A stretch of DNA of 64,000 bases from a virus (Duplodnaviria; Caudoviricetes). Shown piece by piece: positions 18,338-28,500 of the stretch. Made by a program: the position numbers and the translations under genes. Under the pieces are notes generated by a model that saw nothing but the letters and a program-made list of their open reading frames with translations, was not told the DNA's origin and made no database searches. The first letter of the stretch is position 1. Each line of letters opens with the position of its first letter. Location: IMG/VR virus record IMGVR_UViG_3300042970_000025. One strand, written 5' to 3'.

Positions 18338-20611
18338 GCCGAGCTTCACCAGGATGGCCCGAATTTTTGCTCCTTCCGCGATGGTAAGGTCGGCCCGGTT
18401 CTTTCCAAAACACTCGCACCAAATCTCCATGTTGGAGACGCTGGTGCGCTCAATCGTCCCGGTGCGAAGATCTGCTCCAAACTCGCTTTCACCATTTAGG
18501 AAGTTCCTCCGCTCATACAGGGTCATGCGGTCCCATTCGGAAGGGAGCTTGGTCTGAAGGTAGGAGACTACAATGCCTTCCCGCTCATCCGACTCCATGG
18601 CTTTAAGCTGCTCTGTCTTCGCAACATCCTGAAGCTCTGGCTCAAGGTAGAGCTTTTCACCAGCTTTAGCATACTCTAAGGCCTCTGCCCAGATCTGCTT
18701 GATGTCTTCCTCCGTAAGGCCCCAAGGGTGCCTGGCTAAACTTCCTGGTGTCTTGACTGGCCAGAACCTTCTGTTTCCTGTGGTGTCCCGAAGATACCCA
18801 GTCTCTGCGTTGGTGGTGCCAAAGAACACGCACTGGCGTGGGTGAGGCGTTGTGCGGCGCCCGAAAGACGCCCGGTAAATGTCGTTCTGGCGGGATAAAA
18901 AGGAACGGAGCGTTTCCACTTCTGCTTTTCTTAAACCTGCCAGCTCTCCAATCTCTAAGATCCAGTAACCCTGGAGCTTTTCTGCTGCGGTCTTATCTCT
19001 CGTATCACTGAGGTTAAGAGAGTCCGAGAACCATTCACCGGCGAGCTTAGCGATCAGGGTTGACTTTCCAATTCCCTGAGGGCCGTTAAGGACCAGCATG
19101 GAGTCGAACTTACAGCCAGGATGCATAACCCGGCATACGGCAGCGCAGAGGGTCTTTCTGGTGACGGCCCGGACATAGGCATTGTCTTCTGCACCGAGGT
19201 AATCGATAAGAAGGGTGTCGACTCGCTTCACGCCATCCCATGCGGGAAGTGATGCAAGAAACTCGCGGATAGGGTGATAGGATCTGTCGTCCGCCACCCT
19301 TGCCAGAGCGATCTGGTAGAAGCGCTGTGAAAAGTTTCCATAGTGTTCATCCACGTAGCTTACAAGCTGGGCGTCGTCTGCATCTCTCCAGTACTTGGTC
19401 GGATGATTCCAGGGCACCTCTCCTTTTATTTCCAGACAGTCAAGCTGCTGGTTGTAGACAATGGCCTTAAGGTTCTCATCGTTCTGAAGAATCAGAGTCA
19501 GGTTACCAAGTTCGTTCTCAATATTTCCTCTCCTGTTTAAGGTGAGCTTTCCCATCCAGTCGTCTGAAGTGAATTCCTCCATGGCCTGCTCCCGGCGCTC
19601 TCCGGTGATCAGCTCCCTGACCTTTGCGTCACCACGGGCAAGATCAATCATTGCCTTGTAAGATGGAAGTTTTGTCACCGGAGTGTCATCTGAGCAAGTT
19701 TCATCAAGGTCTCTAAACTTATGGAGCCTGACTAAGTCAAAGGCATTAAGAAGCTTTCCGCATGCCGGGTCGGTGGCGTGGTGGGAGTAGGAGAACTTAT
19801 GTTCATAAATTACGACGCCAGCAGAAGACTCGCCTTTGATGTAGTCATAGCGGCCATCGATGACCGATGGCGCGTAGACATCAGGCAGAAAAGTTTCTAT
19901 CGCGTCTTCCACGTTGTAGGCCCGGCAGAAACAGCCAATCAAGCCGGGTTTCGTTAAAGGGTCTTCCGCTTTTCTTACTGCGGACCTTCTCACTTCCGAC
20001 TGCCGGGAAGACACCGGCCAGGTGGATTCATCCCGCCAGTTGTCGTACCTGGAGAGGTAATCGTCCGGATCAAGCAGTACGCCATCGTGCTCCTTATAGA
20101 AAAACATCCCATTTGAAGAGGTGGACGGCCAGTACATCAGCCGGTGCGCCTCATAGGTTGAGTCGTCGAACAGGTCGATTCCGATTTCTTTAGCTGCCAT
20201 ACGTCCTACCGCCGGGTACTCAGTTTCCGATACCTCGCGGCTCAGCGGAATGATCATGCGAAGTCGCGGGTGCTCTGGGGTATGCTTATGCGTGGAGTAG
20301 GCGCAGAAAGCGTAGGGAAGATGCGATAAAACGCTTTCCCACACACCTGGCGTGCCAAAGTCCATGTCTAAGGCTAAGGCAGACCTACTGAGGACGTGTC
20401 CTTTCTTGCGCCGTCCAGCTTTCAGGTGGCCAAGAACATATCCTCCTTTGTCTTTAATTTCGGCCTGCTTTGCTTTTGGCATTTTCTTGTATTCTTCTAC
20501 CGTTTCTGTTGTTTTGATGGTCTGGCTGACCCTTTTCTTGAAGTCTTCCCAGCTGATCTCGCTGTTCTTCCAGTGAAGCTCTTTTCTGCTGTTTCCAAAA
20601 GAGATTTTCAT
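18254..20611 (-). CDS. VirE/VapE-family primase-helicase
   Basis: N-terminal primase-like DMD and STHKH motifs; Walker A GPQGIGKS; GTTN...DTTGNRRFWPV. Confidence 0.9.
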   Translation of the reverse strand: MKISFGNSRKELHWKNSEISWEDFKKRVSQTIKTTETVEEYKKMPKAKQAEIKDKGGYVLGHLKAGRRKKGHVLSRSALALDMDFGTPGVWESVLSHLPYAFCAYSTHKHTPEHPRLRMIIPLSREVSETEYPAVGRMAAKEIGIDLFDDSTYEAHRLMYWPSTSSNGMFFYKEHDGVLLDPDDYLSRYDNWRDESTWPVSSRQSEVRRSAVRKAEDPLTKPGLIGCFCRAYNVEDAIETFLPDVYAPSVIDGRYDYIKGESSAGVVIYEHKFSYSHHATDPACGKLLNAFDLVRLHKFRDLDETCSDDTPVTKLPSYKAMIDLARGDAKVRELITGERREQAMEEFTSDDWMGKLTLNRRGNIENELGNLTLILQNDENLKAIVYNQQLDCLEIKGEVPWNHPTKYWRDADDAQLVSYVDEHYGNFSQRFYQIALARVADDRSYHPIREFLASLPAWDGVKRVDTLLIDYLGAEDNAYVRAVTRKTLCAAVCRVMHPGCKFDSMLVLNGPQGIGKSTLIAKLAGEWFSDSLNLSDTRDKTAAEKLQGYWILEIGELAGLRKAEVETLRSFLSRQNDIYRASFGRRTTPHPRQCVFFGTTNAETGYLRDTTGNRRFWPVKTPGSLARHPWGLTEEDIKQIWAEALEYAKAGEKLYLEPELQDVAKTEQLKAMESDEREGIVVSYLQTKLPSEWDRMTLYERRNFLNGESEFGADLRTGTIERTSVSNMEIWCECFGKNRADLTIAEGAKIRAILVKLGWHRFEKKIRIPLYGSQWVYIPPERLRP

Positions 20612-20937
20612 ACTGCTGCCTCCTCAATCTGGTCCGTAAGAACCTTCGTGATAAATTTCAGGGCCTCTAAGATCGTGGATAGCTCAGAGTCTCCGCCAAG
20701 AATCAGTTCAAGCCCGCTATTTCCTTTAAAGTAGTTTCGAAGTGGGCGTACCGTGATGTCGGTACCCGCCATGTCCTCGATTCGGATGTAGGTCCTGCTG
20801 CCATGGCCGCTGTCTCCACCGCAGTAGCCGTTTGTCCCGGCTTCGACTGCGAGGATGTTCGCATCGAAAATCTCCCGTTTCCAGGTCTCTATTTCTTTTC
20901 CCTTGACCTGCCTTGTGTCTATTCTTGTTTCGTACAT
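20608..20937 (-). CDS. Hypothetical protein
   Basis: Coupled ORF; EAGTNGYCGGDSGHGSRTY. Confidence 0.7.
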   Translation of the reverse strand: MYETRIDTRQVKGKEIETWKREIFDANILAVEAGTNGYCGGDSGHGSRTYIRIEDMAGTDITVRPLRNYFKGNSGLELILGGDSELSTILEALKFITKVLTDQIEEAAV

Positions 20938-21260
20938 GTAAACGCCTCCGTCCTGCGAAATCTTCTGATTGGAATTTCCCTTTTTATGGCCTCTGTTGCT
21001 TCAAGAAGCATGCCGGATGTAACTTTGCTTCCAAAGATCCAAAGTTCATCACACTTTGCTAGAATTTCCTTATTCATCGAAAGAGCAAGGCTCCGCTCGT
21101 CCGGATCATCATCATCCATAAACTGAGGAAACAGCAGATGGGGAGCAAGGGGAATCCCGCCTAGTTTCAAAGCGAACCTGCAGTAAGACCTGGCGAGATC
21201 TTGGTTTCTTTCCACATCGCCAGAGTAGGGGCTGCAGATAAAGATAAGTGGTCTTTCCAT
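20919..21260 (-). CDS. DUF4406 / nucleoside deoxyribosyltransferase-like protein
   Basis: FICSPYSGD...PHLLFPQF...CDELWIFG...GM..E. Confidence 0.75.
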   Translation of the reverse strand: MERPLIFICSPYSGDVERNQDLARSYCRFALKLGGIPLAPHLLFPQFMDDDDPDERSLALSMNKEILAKCDELWIFGSKVTSGMLLEATEAIKREIPIRRFRRTEAFTCTKQE

Positions 21261-21307
21261 GACTTCACCTCCTGTAAAGTACTTGTGAGATAACTTCTAC
21301 AGGTATT

Positions 21308-21336
21308 CCGTCAAAAGAAATGGGCAAGATCCGTAC
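21308..21336 (-). promoter_or_regulatory. Putative alternative-sigma promoter, copy 1 (GTACGG-N17-TGACGG)
   Basis: Same motif at 47448 and 52614; each copy lies upstream of an operon. Confidence 0.65.
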
Positions 21337-21341
21337 TCTCA

Positions 21342-22040
21342 TTAAAAATTTCGTACGTGTTTTTTCAGCTCCGGGTCCTGCTTGAGTTTCTCGTAGATCC
21401 TCTTGACTTTTCTCTGGATGACCCGCTCGTTTCTGCTTTTCATCCTTGCGTAGTTTGCGGCGGAGTGGTGCTCCAGGATCACATACTGGAAGATCTCCTG
21501 GTCTTCCTTACTAAGCGTACTTACGATCTCAAGGATCCGGTCAAAGGCAGAGCCCTGAGTTTCGCTTAGATTCCAAAGGTCAAAAAGGGCGGAGGACTTG
21601 TCGCTGCAGCCTTCTTCTTCATCGGAGGACAGGATCCGGTCTAAGGAATCAGTCCAGTTCTTTGGGAAGGCTTCCTTTGCGGCATCTTCAACATATTCAG
21701 AAGATGGGGCGTAGCCGTGATCACGCATGAAGTTTTGGGTGAACGCTTCTTTCCATCCTTCAATTTTTCTTTTTTCTTGATCGCTGCGAATTGGCCTTCT
21801 TGCTTTTAAGTTGTAATACACTTCTGAATCCTCGATCGAGTAGAGGGCTTTGATGTCTTCTTCTTTGACTCCGTCCTGGCCTGGGATGATTTCGAATTCT
21901 TCGATGAAATCAACATTTCTTCCGTCATGCTGCTCACGCATCGGAAATTTGTATGTATAGGAATAACGCTTTCTCTGGTCCGTTTTCTTCAGTTGATCAG
22001 ACTTATTTTCTGCATGGACATATACTTGTTTACGTTTCAT
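21342..22040 (-). CDS. Sigma70 region-4-like (ECF-type) phage transcription factor
   Basis: C-terminal LSKEDQEIF...AANYAR...VIQRKVKRIYEKLK helix-turn-helix; GGAGGA RBS before MKRKQV (track start is too long). Confidence 0.6.
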   Translation of the reverse strand: MKRKQVYVHAENKSDQLKKTDQRKRYSYTYKFPMREQHDGRNVDFIEEFEIIPGQDGVKEEDIKALYSIEDSEVYYNLKARRPIRSDQEKRKIEGWKEAFTQNFMRDHGYAPSSEYVEDAAKEAFPKNWTDSLDRILSSDEEEGCSDKSSALFDLWNLSETQGSAFDRILEIVSTLSKEDQEIFQYVILEHHSAANYARMKSRNERVIQRKVKRIYEKLKQDPELKKHVRNF

Positions 22041-22250
22041 AGTGTTTCCTCCAGTCCATCCCGAACCGAAAGAAACATGGCAAAAAGAGCATGGCAGGCC
22101 TCTTCGGAACGAGATATTCGTTTCGATACGGCCAGCCATGCTCGTAGGCTGGGTTTGTTTAGTTTTCTTCTCACCTCTGCTCGAGCCACCTCTGCATGCC
22201 TGGGTGAACAGGGGTAAGAAAGAGGCTTTTACCGTCATCCTCAGGACAAA

Positions 22251-22323
22251 AATAAAAAAAACGGCAGGCAGTTATCTTTTGCAAAAGGAAAACTTCCTAT
22301 TGCTTTTGATATCTGTCTGCCGG
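22251..22323 (-). terminator. Long hairpin with U-tract in the leader of the sigma-like gene
   Basis: CGGCAGGCAGTTATC...GATATCTGTCTGCCG stem followed by a T-run on the minus strand. Confidence 0.65.
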
Positions 22324-22443
22324 ATTCTTCACGGTGCTCTGCGCTGTTGCGCTGCCGAGTTCAATACTTCGTGCAAACTTATGCTGCAGATTAGCTCTTC
22401 GCGGTTCTCTGCCGGGTTCAGCTCATATACTGCAAGCAATTAT

Positions 22444-22635
22444 TTATTTTTTCAGATGGGCGGGTGATTTGCTGGAATGCCTTAGAATCTCAACCGTTAC
22501 TTTTCCATCCATGACTTCATAGTTAAGTAGGGCCCCGCATTTCGGGCAGGACGTTTCAGTGTTTGTCCCGTCGCCGGAACGCCCCAGCTTATACCCGCAT
22601 TCGGGGCAGGTGGTGAAGAGCTTCATTGTGATCAA
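22444..22635 (-). CDS. Small zinc-ribbon protein
   Basis: CPECG...CPKCG. Confidence 0.7.
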   Translation of the reverse strand: MITMKLFTTCPECGYKLGRSGDGTNTETSCPKCGALLNYEVMDGKVTVEILRHSSKSPAHLKK

Positions 22636-22648
22636 TCCCCCAATCTGT

Positions 22649-23254
22649 TCAATTTATGTTTTTTAACACATTTACGGCTATGCCCTGGATAATGCAGTGC
22701 TCAACATAGATGTCATTCATCTCCTTATTTTCTGGATGAAGGCGGATGAGCTTTTTCTTAGGCTCCGGATAAAAACGTTTTAAGGTTGCATCTTCATCGA
22801 TCAGAGCAACAACAATCTGTCCAGGCTCTGCTGCGTTTTGCTTTTTGATGAGAACAAGATCGCCGTTATTGATTCCAGCATCAATCATTGAATTGCCTTT
22901 TGCGTGAAGCAGAAAGAAATCGCCTTTGCCGAAAAGGGAAACCGGTAAGGGGATATATTTTTCGATATTGCCTTCAGCGTACTTCGGGATGCCGCAGGCA
23001 ATGCTTCCAAGAAGCGGGACTAACACAGTGGACTCTTTTTCTTCTTTCATTTTCGGTGTTATGATTCCCCGATGTCCTTTATATTCGATCTTGCCTTCTT
23101 TGCGAAGGTCCTGCAGGTAGCGGGAGACCGTAGCAGTAGAAACACCTGTTCCTGCTGCGATGATCCGGTTTGTTGGAGAAACTCCATGCTCTTCCCGGTA
23201 GTCATCGATGAAGGAAAGTAAGGTTTTGTAGTACTCCTGGCTCTTTAACTTCAA
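22649..23254 (-). CDS. lexA: LexA-like repressor (S24 peptidase)
   Basis: Winged HTH; IACG cleavage site; GNSM catalytic Ser; TLKR Lys; TTG start after AGGAGG. Confidence 0.88.
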   Translation of the reverse strand: MKLKSQEYYKTLLSFIDDYREEHGVSPTNRIIAAGTGVSTATVSRYLQDLRKEGKIEYKGHRGIITPKMKEEKESTVLVPLLGSIACGIPKYAEGNIEKYIPLPVSLFGKGDFFLLHAKGNSMIDAGINNGDLVLIKKQNAAEPGQIVVALIDEDATLKRFYPEPKKKLIRLHPENKEMNDIYVEHCIIQGIAVNVLKNIN

Positions 23255-23301
23255 CTCTTGTCCTCCTTTCTTAGCGTAAGAATAAGTACCTTGCATCTAC
23301 T

Positions 23302-23329
23302 ATTATACGAACAAACGTTCAGTCGTCAA
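23302..23329 (-). promoter_or_regulatory. Sigma-A promoter TTGACG-N16-TATAAT with an SOS (Cheo) box in the spacer
   Basis: CGAAC-AAAC-GTTCA at 23308-23321 matches GAAC-N4-GTTC. Confidence 0.8.
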
Positions 23330-23463
23330 TATGGTAATTTTGCTATTCGGAAAACTGTCACTTTTTCCTTACACTTGAGAAGATGTTGGTAGATGGGCAG
23401 AAAAGGGTAGAAGAGGATGCTTGAAAATCCGGTCTTTATATAGTCCGCAAAATAGCAGAACAT

Positions 23464-23481
23464 TGTCGTGAAATTGCGACA
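23464..23481 (+). promoter_or_regulatory. Putative WYL/BrxR operator (TGTCG-N8-CGACA)
   Basis: Inverted repeat upstream of an extended -10 (TGATATACT, ~23510) of the WYL gene. Confidence 0.45.
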
Positions 23482-23558
23482 GTTTATGTTTGCGGGCTCA
23501 GCTTTATGCTGATATACTATTATTTATTGAGTATGCATAAGAAACCGGAGGAGCCCAG

Positions 23559-24539
23559 ATGCCAAACGGGAACAGACAGAAAATCAAGCTGCTGAAGCTC
23601 ATGGAGATGCTTTACCAACAGACCGATGAAGAGCATCCGCTTTCGACCAGCCAGTTAATGAAAAGACTGAATGATCTTGGAATTAGCTGTGACCGCAGGA
23701 CCCTTGGTAACGACATCGCGACCCTGAACGAGTACGGCTACGAGGTCTTAAGCTGCTACGTGGGCCACGAGAAGGGCTACTACGTCGTCGACCGGACCTT
23801 TACCGTCCCGGAGCTGAAGATCCTGATCGATGCGGTCCAGGCCGCAGGCTTCATCACAGAGAAGAAGACAAAAGAATTCGTGGACAAGATCGCAAGTCTT
23901 GGAGGAAGCCACCGAGCCGAGATTCTGAAAGGCAATATGGTCTGCTTCAACACAACGAAGCATTCCAACGAAGAGATCTACTACAACATCTCCGAACTCG
24001 AAAATGCGCTTCTTCATAAGAAGAAAGCCTCCTTCTATTACTTCGACCGGGACGAAAAGGGGCAGAAAGTCTACCGGCAGAACAAAGAGCGCTACATCGA
24101 AAATCCGATGGCTCTGATTTACAACAACGATCGCTATTACCTGATGTGCTATTCCTTCAAACATAACGGGATCTGCAACTATCGGATCGACCGGATGGAG
24201 CACGTCAACACAGAAAATGAAGACGTCACTCCGGAAGCCATCATGGATGCATCGGGCATCGGAGAATACACCGAGCAGGTCTTCAAGATGTACGGCGGCA
24301 AGGCCGAAGACATCGTCCTGGAGTTTGACGACAAGCTGATCGGCGTGGTGCAGGATAAATTCGGAGAAGGCACCAAAATGATCCGGACAGCCCCGGGCAA
24401 ATGCACAGCCTCGATCAAGGTGCAGATCTCACCGACCTTCTGGGGCTGGCTCTTTCAGTTCGTTGGGCAGATGAAGATCCTGTCACCGGAAAGCTTGATG
24501 GAAGAGTACCGGCAGCGGGCGAAGATGGTGATGGAATAG
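23559..24539 (+). CDS. WYL-domain transcriptional regulator (BrxR/CapW-like)
   Basis: N-terminal wHTH; RYYL...YRIDRM WYL core; first gene of the defence island. Confidence 0.88.
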   Translation: MPNGNRQKIKLLKLMEMLYQQTDEEHPLSTSQLMKRLNDLGISCDRRTLGNDIATLNEYGYEVLSCYVGHEKGYYVVDRTFTVPELKILIDAVQAAGFITEKKTKEFVDKIASLGGSHRAEILKGNMVCFNTTKHSNEEIYYNISELENALLHKKKASFYYFDRDEKGQKVYRQNKERYIENPMALIYNNDRYYLMCYSFKHNGICNYRIDRMEHVNTENEDVTPEAIMDASGIGEYTEQVFKMYGGKAEDIVLEFDDKLIGVVQDKFGEGTKMIRTAPGKCTASIKVQISPTFWGWLFQFVGQMKILSPESLMEEYRQRAKMVME

Positions 24540-24557
24540 GAAAGGAAATACAAGCGA

Positions 24558-25508
24558 ATGCTTGAGATAGATATCATAGAACAGAATATTGCAGACATCA
24601 GCTTGGACCTTCTGAAAATTCTCCTCACTGATAAAACGACGAGAAAATATATCCGATGGGGAAGCGATAATTATACCAAGTATGGTTCTGAGTACAGCGC
24701 AAATCAAGAGATAAGGCCGGAACTCATTATCGGGGATCGAAGTACAGTGATTCAGCCCCGCGTTTCTAAGAAAGAAGAGGAGCAGACAAAGCGAACCAGA
24801 GATAAAGCGGAAGTCTTCACACCGTCCTGGGTCTGTAACGAGCAGAATAATTTAGTCGATGAAGCATGGTTTGGAAGACAGGATGTATTTAATACGGCTG
24901 GAGACAAGTGTTGGACTACACATTTAGAGAAAATAGAGTTTTCCGGAGAGAAAACTTGGATGAGTTACGTCGATGCCAGGCGAATGGAAGTCAGCTGCGG
25001 TGAGGCACCGTACTTAGTCAGCCGTTATGATACGGTTACTGGTGAAATAATTCCGTTACACGATCGCATTGGCATTTTGGACAGGAAGATCAGGATCGTA
25101 AATGAAAATGCTTCTACCGATGATGAGTGGAAGAAGTGGGCAGAAAGAGCATTTCAGAGCTGCTACGGATATGATTTCCAGGGTGATAATGTATTACTTG
25201 CACGGGAGAATTTATTGTATTCCTACCAGGAATATTATGAAGACAGATTCGGGCAAACACCTGCTGTGCAAGAGTTAAAGAAGATTGCGCAGATAGCTGC
25301 CTGGAATATCTGGCAGATGAACGGACTTACCTTGACCGCACCGTATAGTCTGGCTCCTCCGGTGCAGAAACAGATGTCTTTGTTTGATGTACTCGGACAG
25401 GATGATAATGACGAGAGTGAAAAAGAAAATAACGAACTGCCATGTAAAATCTTCGACTGGCGTTCGAAAGAGAGTTTAGAGTTTAGATCACTAGTAAATA
25501 GAGGGTAG
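24558..25508 (+). CDS. Methyltransferase-like R-M accessory subunit (SAM-binding half, no NPPY)
   Basis: AEVFTPSWV (motif X), EVSCGEAPY (motif I-like), YGYDFQGDN. Confidence 0.7.
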   Translation: MLEIDIIEQNIADISLDLLKILLTDKTTRKYIRWGSDNYTKYGSEYSANQEIRPELIIGDRSTVIQPRVSKKEEEQTKRTRDKAEVFTPSWVCNEQNNLVDEAWFGRQDVFNTAGDKCWTTHLEKIEFSGEKTWMSYVDARRMEVSCGEAPYLVSRYDTVTGEIIPLHDRIGILDRKIRIVNENASTDDEWKKWAERAFQSCYGYDFQGDNVLLARENLLYSYQEYYEDRFGQTPAVQELKKIAQIAAWNIWQMNGLTLTAPYSLAPPVQKQMSLFDVLGQDDNDESEKENNELPCKIFDWRSKESLEFRSLVNRG

Positions 25509-25509
25509 A

Positions 25510-28500
25510 TTGATGGATACAAGATTTAAAGAAGCCTTCGACTACAAAGTAATTTACGTATTTACAATCCTGGATGAGGCACATAAGGGATTGCTTAAAA
25601 TCGGCGATGCAACAGTAGAAACGGAAAGTCCTATCGACAAACTTCCGCCAAACTGTCATGAATTGAATCAGGCAGCCCTGAAAAGAATCCGTTCCTATAC
25701 AAACACGGCTGGATTGAATCCGAAACTCCTTCATACAGAACTTGCAGTCCGCCAGAAGAAAAATAAAGATGGAAGCGTTGTAAATGAAGCCTTTCGCGAT
25801 CATCAGGTTCATGACGTATTAAAAAATTCGGGAATCAGAAATGTCAAATTCGACGGATCAACAGGCCAGGAATGGTATAAGATTGATCTCGAAACAGCGA
25901 AAAAAGCGATTGAGGCGGTTAAGAATTACTATGCAAATTTAAGCAATAGCTCTTCATCAGCATCAACACATACTCCGATTGTTTTCCGCCCGGAACAGGA
26001 GGACTGCATCAAAAAGGCCGTAAAGCATTTTAAAAAGGCAGATCGTTTCCTTGTCAATGCTAAAATGCGTTATGGCAAGACACTGGTCTCTCTTGAGATC
26101 GTTAAAGAATGCAAATTCAATAAAACTATTATCATGACCCATCGACCGGTAGTAAATGCCGGCTGGTATGAAGACTTCACGAAAATTTTCTACGATGAGA
26201 ATGACATTATTTACGGATCTAAGGATAATGGCTATACAGTAGAAAAACTGCTTAATACAGGAAAACGCTTTATCTATTTTGCGTCGATTCAGGATCTTCG
26301 AGGATCATCGGAAGTTGGTGGAAAGTTCAACAAAAACGATGCCGTTTTCAGTACGCACTGGGACTGCGTGATTGTTGATGAGGCGCATGAAGGCACGACA
26401 ACAGCACTTGGAGAAGAAACCGTCAAGGCAGTCGTAAAAGAAGGCTCCGGGACGAAATTCCTTGCGCTGTCCGGTACGCCGTTTAATATTCTGACTGATT
26501 ATGATGAGAACTCCATTTATACCTGGGACTACATCATGGAGCAGGAATGCAAGTATGGATGGGACGACAAACATTTCGGTGATCACAATCCGTATGACGA
26601 CCTGCCTGAGCTGCGTATTTACACGTATTCTCTAGGGGATATTCTCCACAACAGCAACTATATCACATACGAGGATAAGGCCTTCAATTTCAGAGAGTTT
26701 TTCCGCACATTTACAGGTGACTATAAAGCGGACTACGCGGATATGCCAGAGGGCGCTGAAGTAGGCGATTTTGTACATGAAGCTGACGTTTGGTCGTTCC
26801 TTAATCTGATGACAAAAGAAGACGAGCAGAGTGGATACCCGTATTCGAATGAAGAGTACAGAAACATCTTTAAGCATTCTTTGTGGATGGTTCCAGGCGT
26901 TAGAGAGGCTCGTGCGTTGAAGAAACTGATGCTGAAGCATCCTGTTTTCGGAAGCGGTCAGTTTGATATCGTTAATGTTGCCGGAAATGGAGATCAGGAC
27001 GAAGAATCAGAAGATGCGCTCAAAAAGGTGAAAAATGCTATCCGTTCTGCCAAGAAGTCCGGAACTTATACCATCACGTTGTCTTGCGGAAAGTTAACGA
27101 CTGGTGTTACCGTCAAGGACTGGACGGCGGTATTCATGCTTGCTGGATCCTATTCGACTTCGGCTGCGAATTATCTGCAGACGATTTTTCGCGTGCAGTC
27201 TCCTTGCAGCGACAATGGTAAGGTGAAGGATAGGGCATATGTGTTTGATTTTGCGCCAGATAGAACGCTGAAGATGATTTCAAGCGCTGTACAGGTATCT
27301 TCTAAGGCCGGGAAGACAAAAGAAAGCGACAGGAGAATAATGGGTAAGTTCCTGAACTATTGTCCTGTTATCTCCGTCTCTGGATCACAGATGCATGAAT
27401 ACAGCACCAACAGACTTCTTCAGCAGCTGAAGCGTGCATATGCTGACAAAGTAGTTAGAAATGGCTTTGACGATTCAAAATTATATAACGATGAGCTTTT
27501 CAAATTAGATAAAGTTGATATTGAAAAGTTTGATAAATTAAAGGGAATCATCGGGACCTCAAAGGCAGCACCAAAAGCCAACGATATTACTGTTAATGAC
27601 CAGGGATTAACAGATGAAGAGTATGAAGAACAAGAGAAATTAAAGAAGAAAAAGAAAAAGGACTTAACACCTGAAGAAAAGGCACGTCTTGAGGAACTGA
27701 ACAAAAAGAAGAAAGTACGCAGTGATGCGATCAGTATTTTGCGTGGTATCTCTATTAGAATGCCGCTTCTCATTTATGGTGCAGATATTCCATATGACGA
27801 AGAGGTAACACTTGATAAATTAGTTGATATCGTAGATGATTCATCTTGGGAAGAATTTATGCCAAATGGTATTACCAAGCGTGTGTTTAAAGACTTCCAG
27901 AAATATTACGATGAAGAGGTGTTCATTGCTGCGGGAAGAAGAATCAGAAATATTTCCAGAGAAGCAGATACCTTGGAGCCGACCGAGAGAGTAAAGAAGA
28001 TCGCCGGCCTCTTCAGCTACTTTAAGAATCCGGATAAGGAAACCGTACTTACGCCATGGCGTGTTGTAAACATGCACATGTCTGACTGTCTCGGCGGCTG
28101 GTGTTTTTACGATGAGAGCTTTGAAGAAGATAAAAAGCTGGATGAGCCACGTTTCGTAGATCGAGGTCAGGTCACAGCTGATGTATTTGGCAAGCTGGAT
28201 ACGCGGATCCTGGAGATAAATTCTAAGACTGGACTATATCCGCTATATGTCACTTACAGTGCATATCGCAGACGGCTAAGGGAACTCGGGAACAAAGAGC
28301 TGAATGTTCAAGAATTGCAGAAGATATGGCTGGACACTGTAAGGGAGAATATATTTGTTATCTGTAAGACGCCGATGGCGAAAGCTATCACAAAGAGAAC
28401 GTTGGTAGGGTACGCTGATGCTGTAATCAATGCGCATTACTTTGATGACTTGATTAATACGATGAAAAATAAGCCACAGCAGTTTGTTAAGCGCGTGTTA

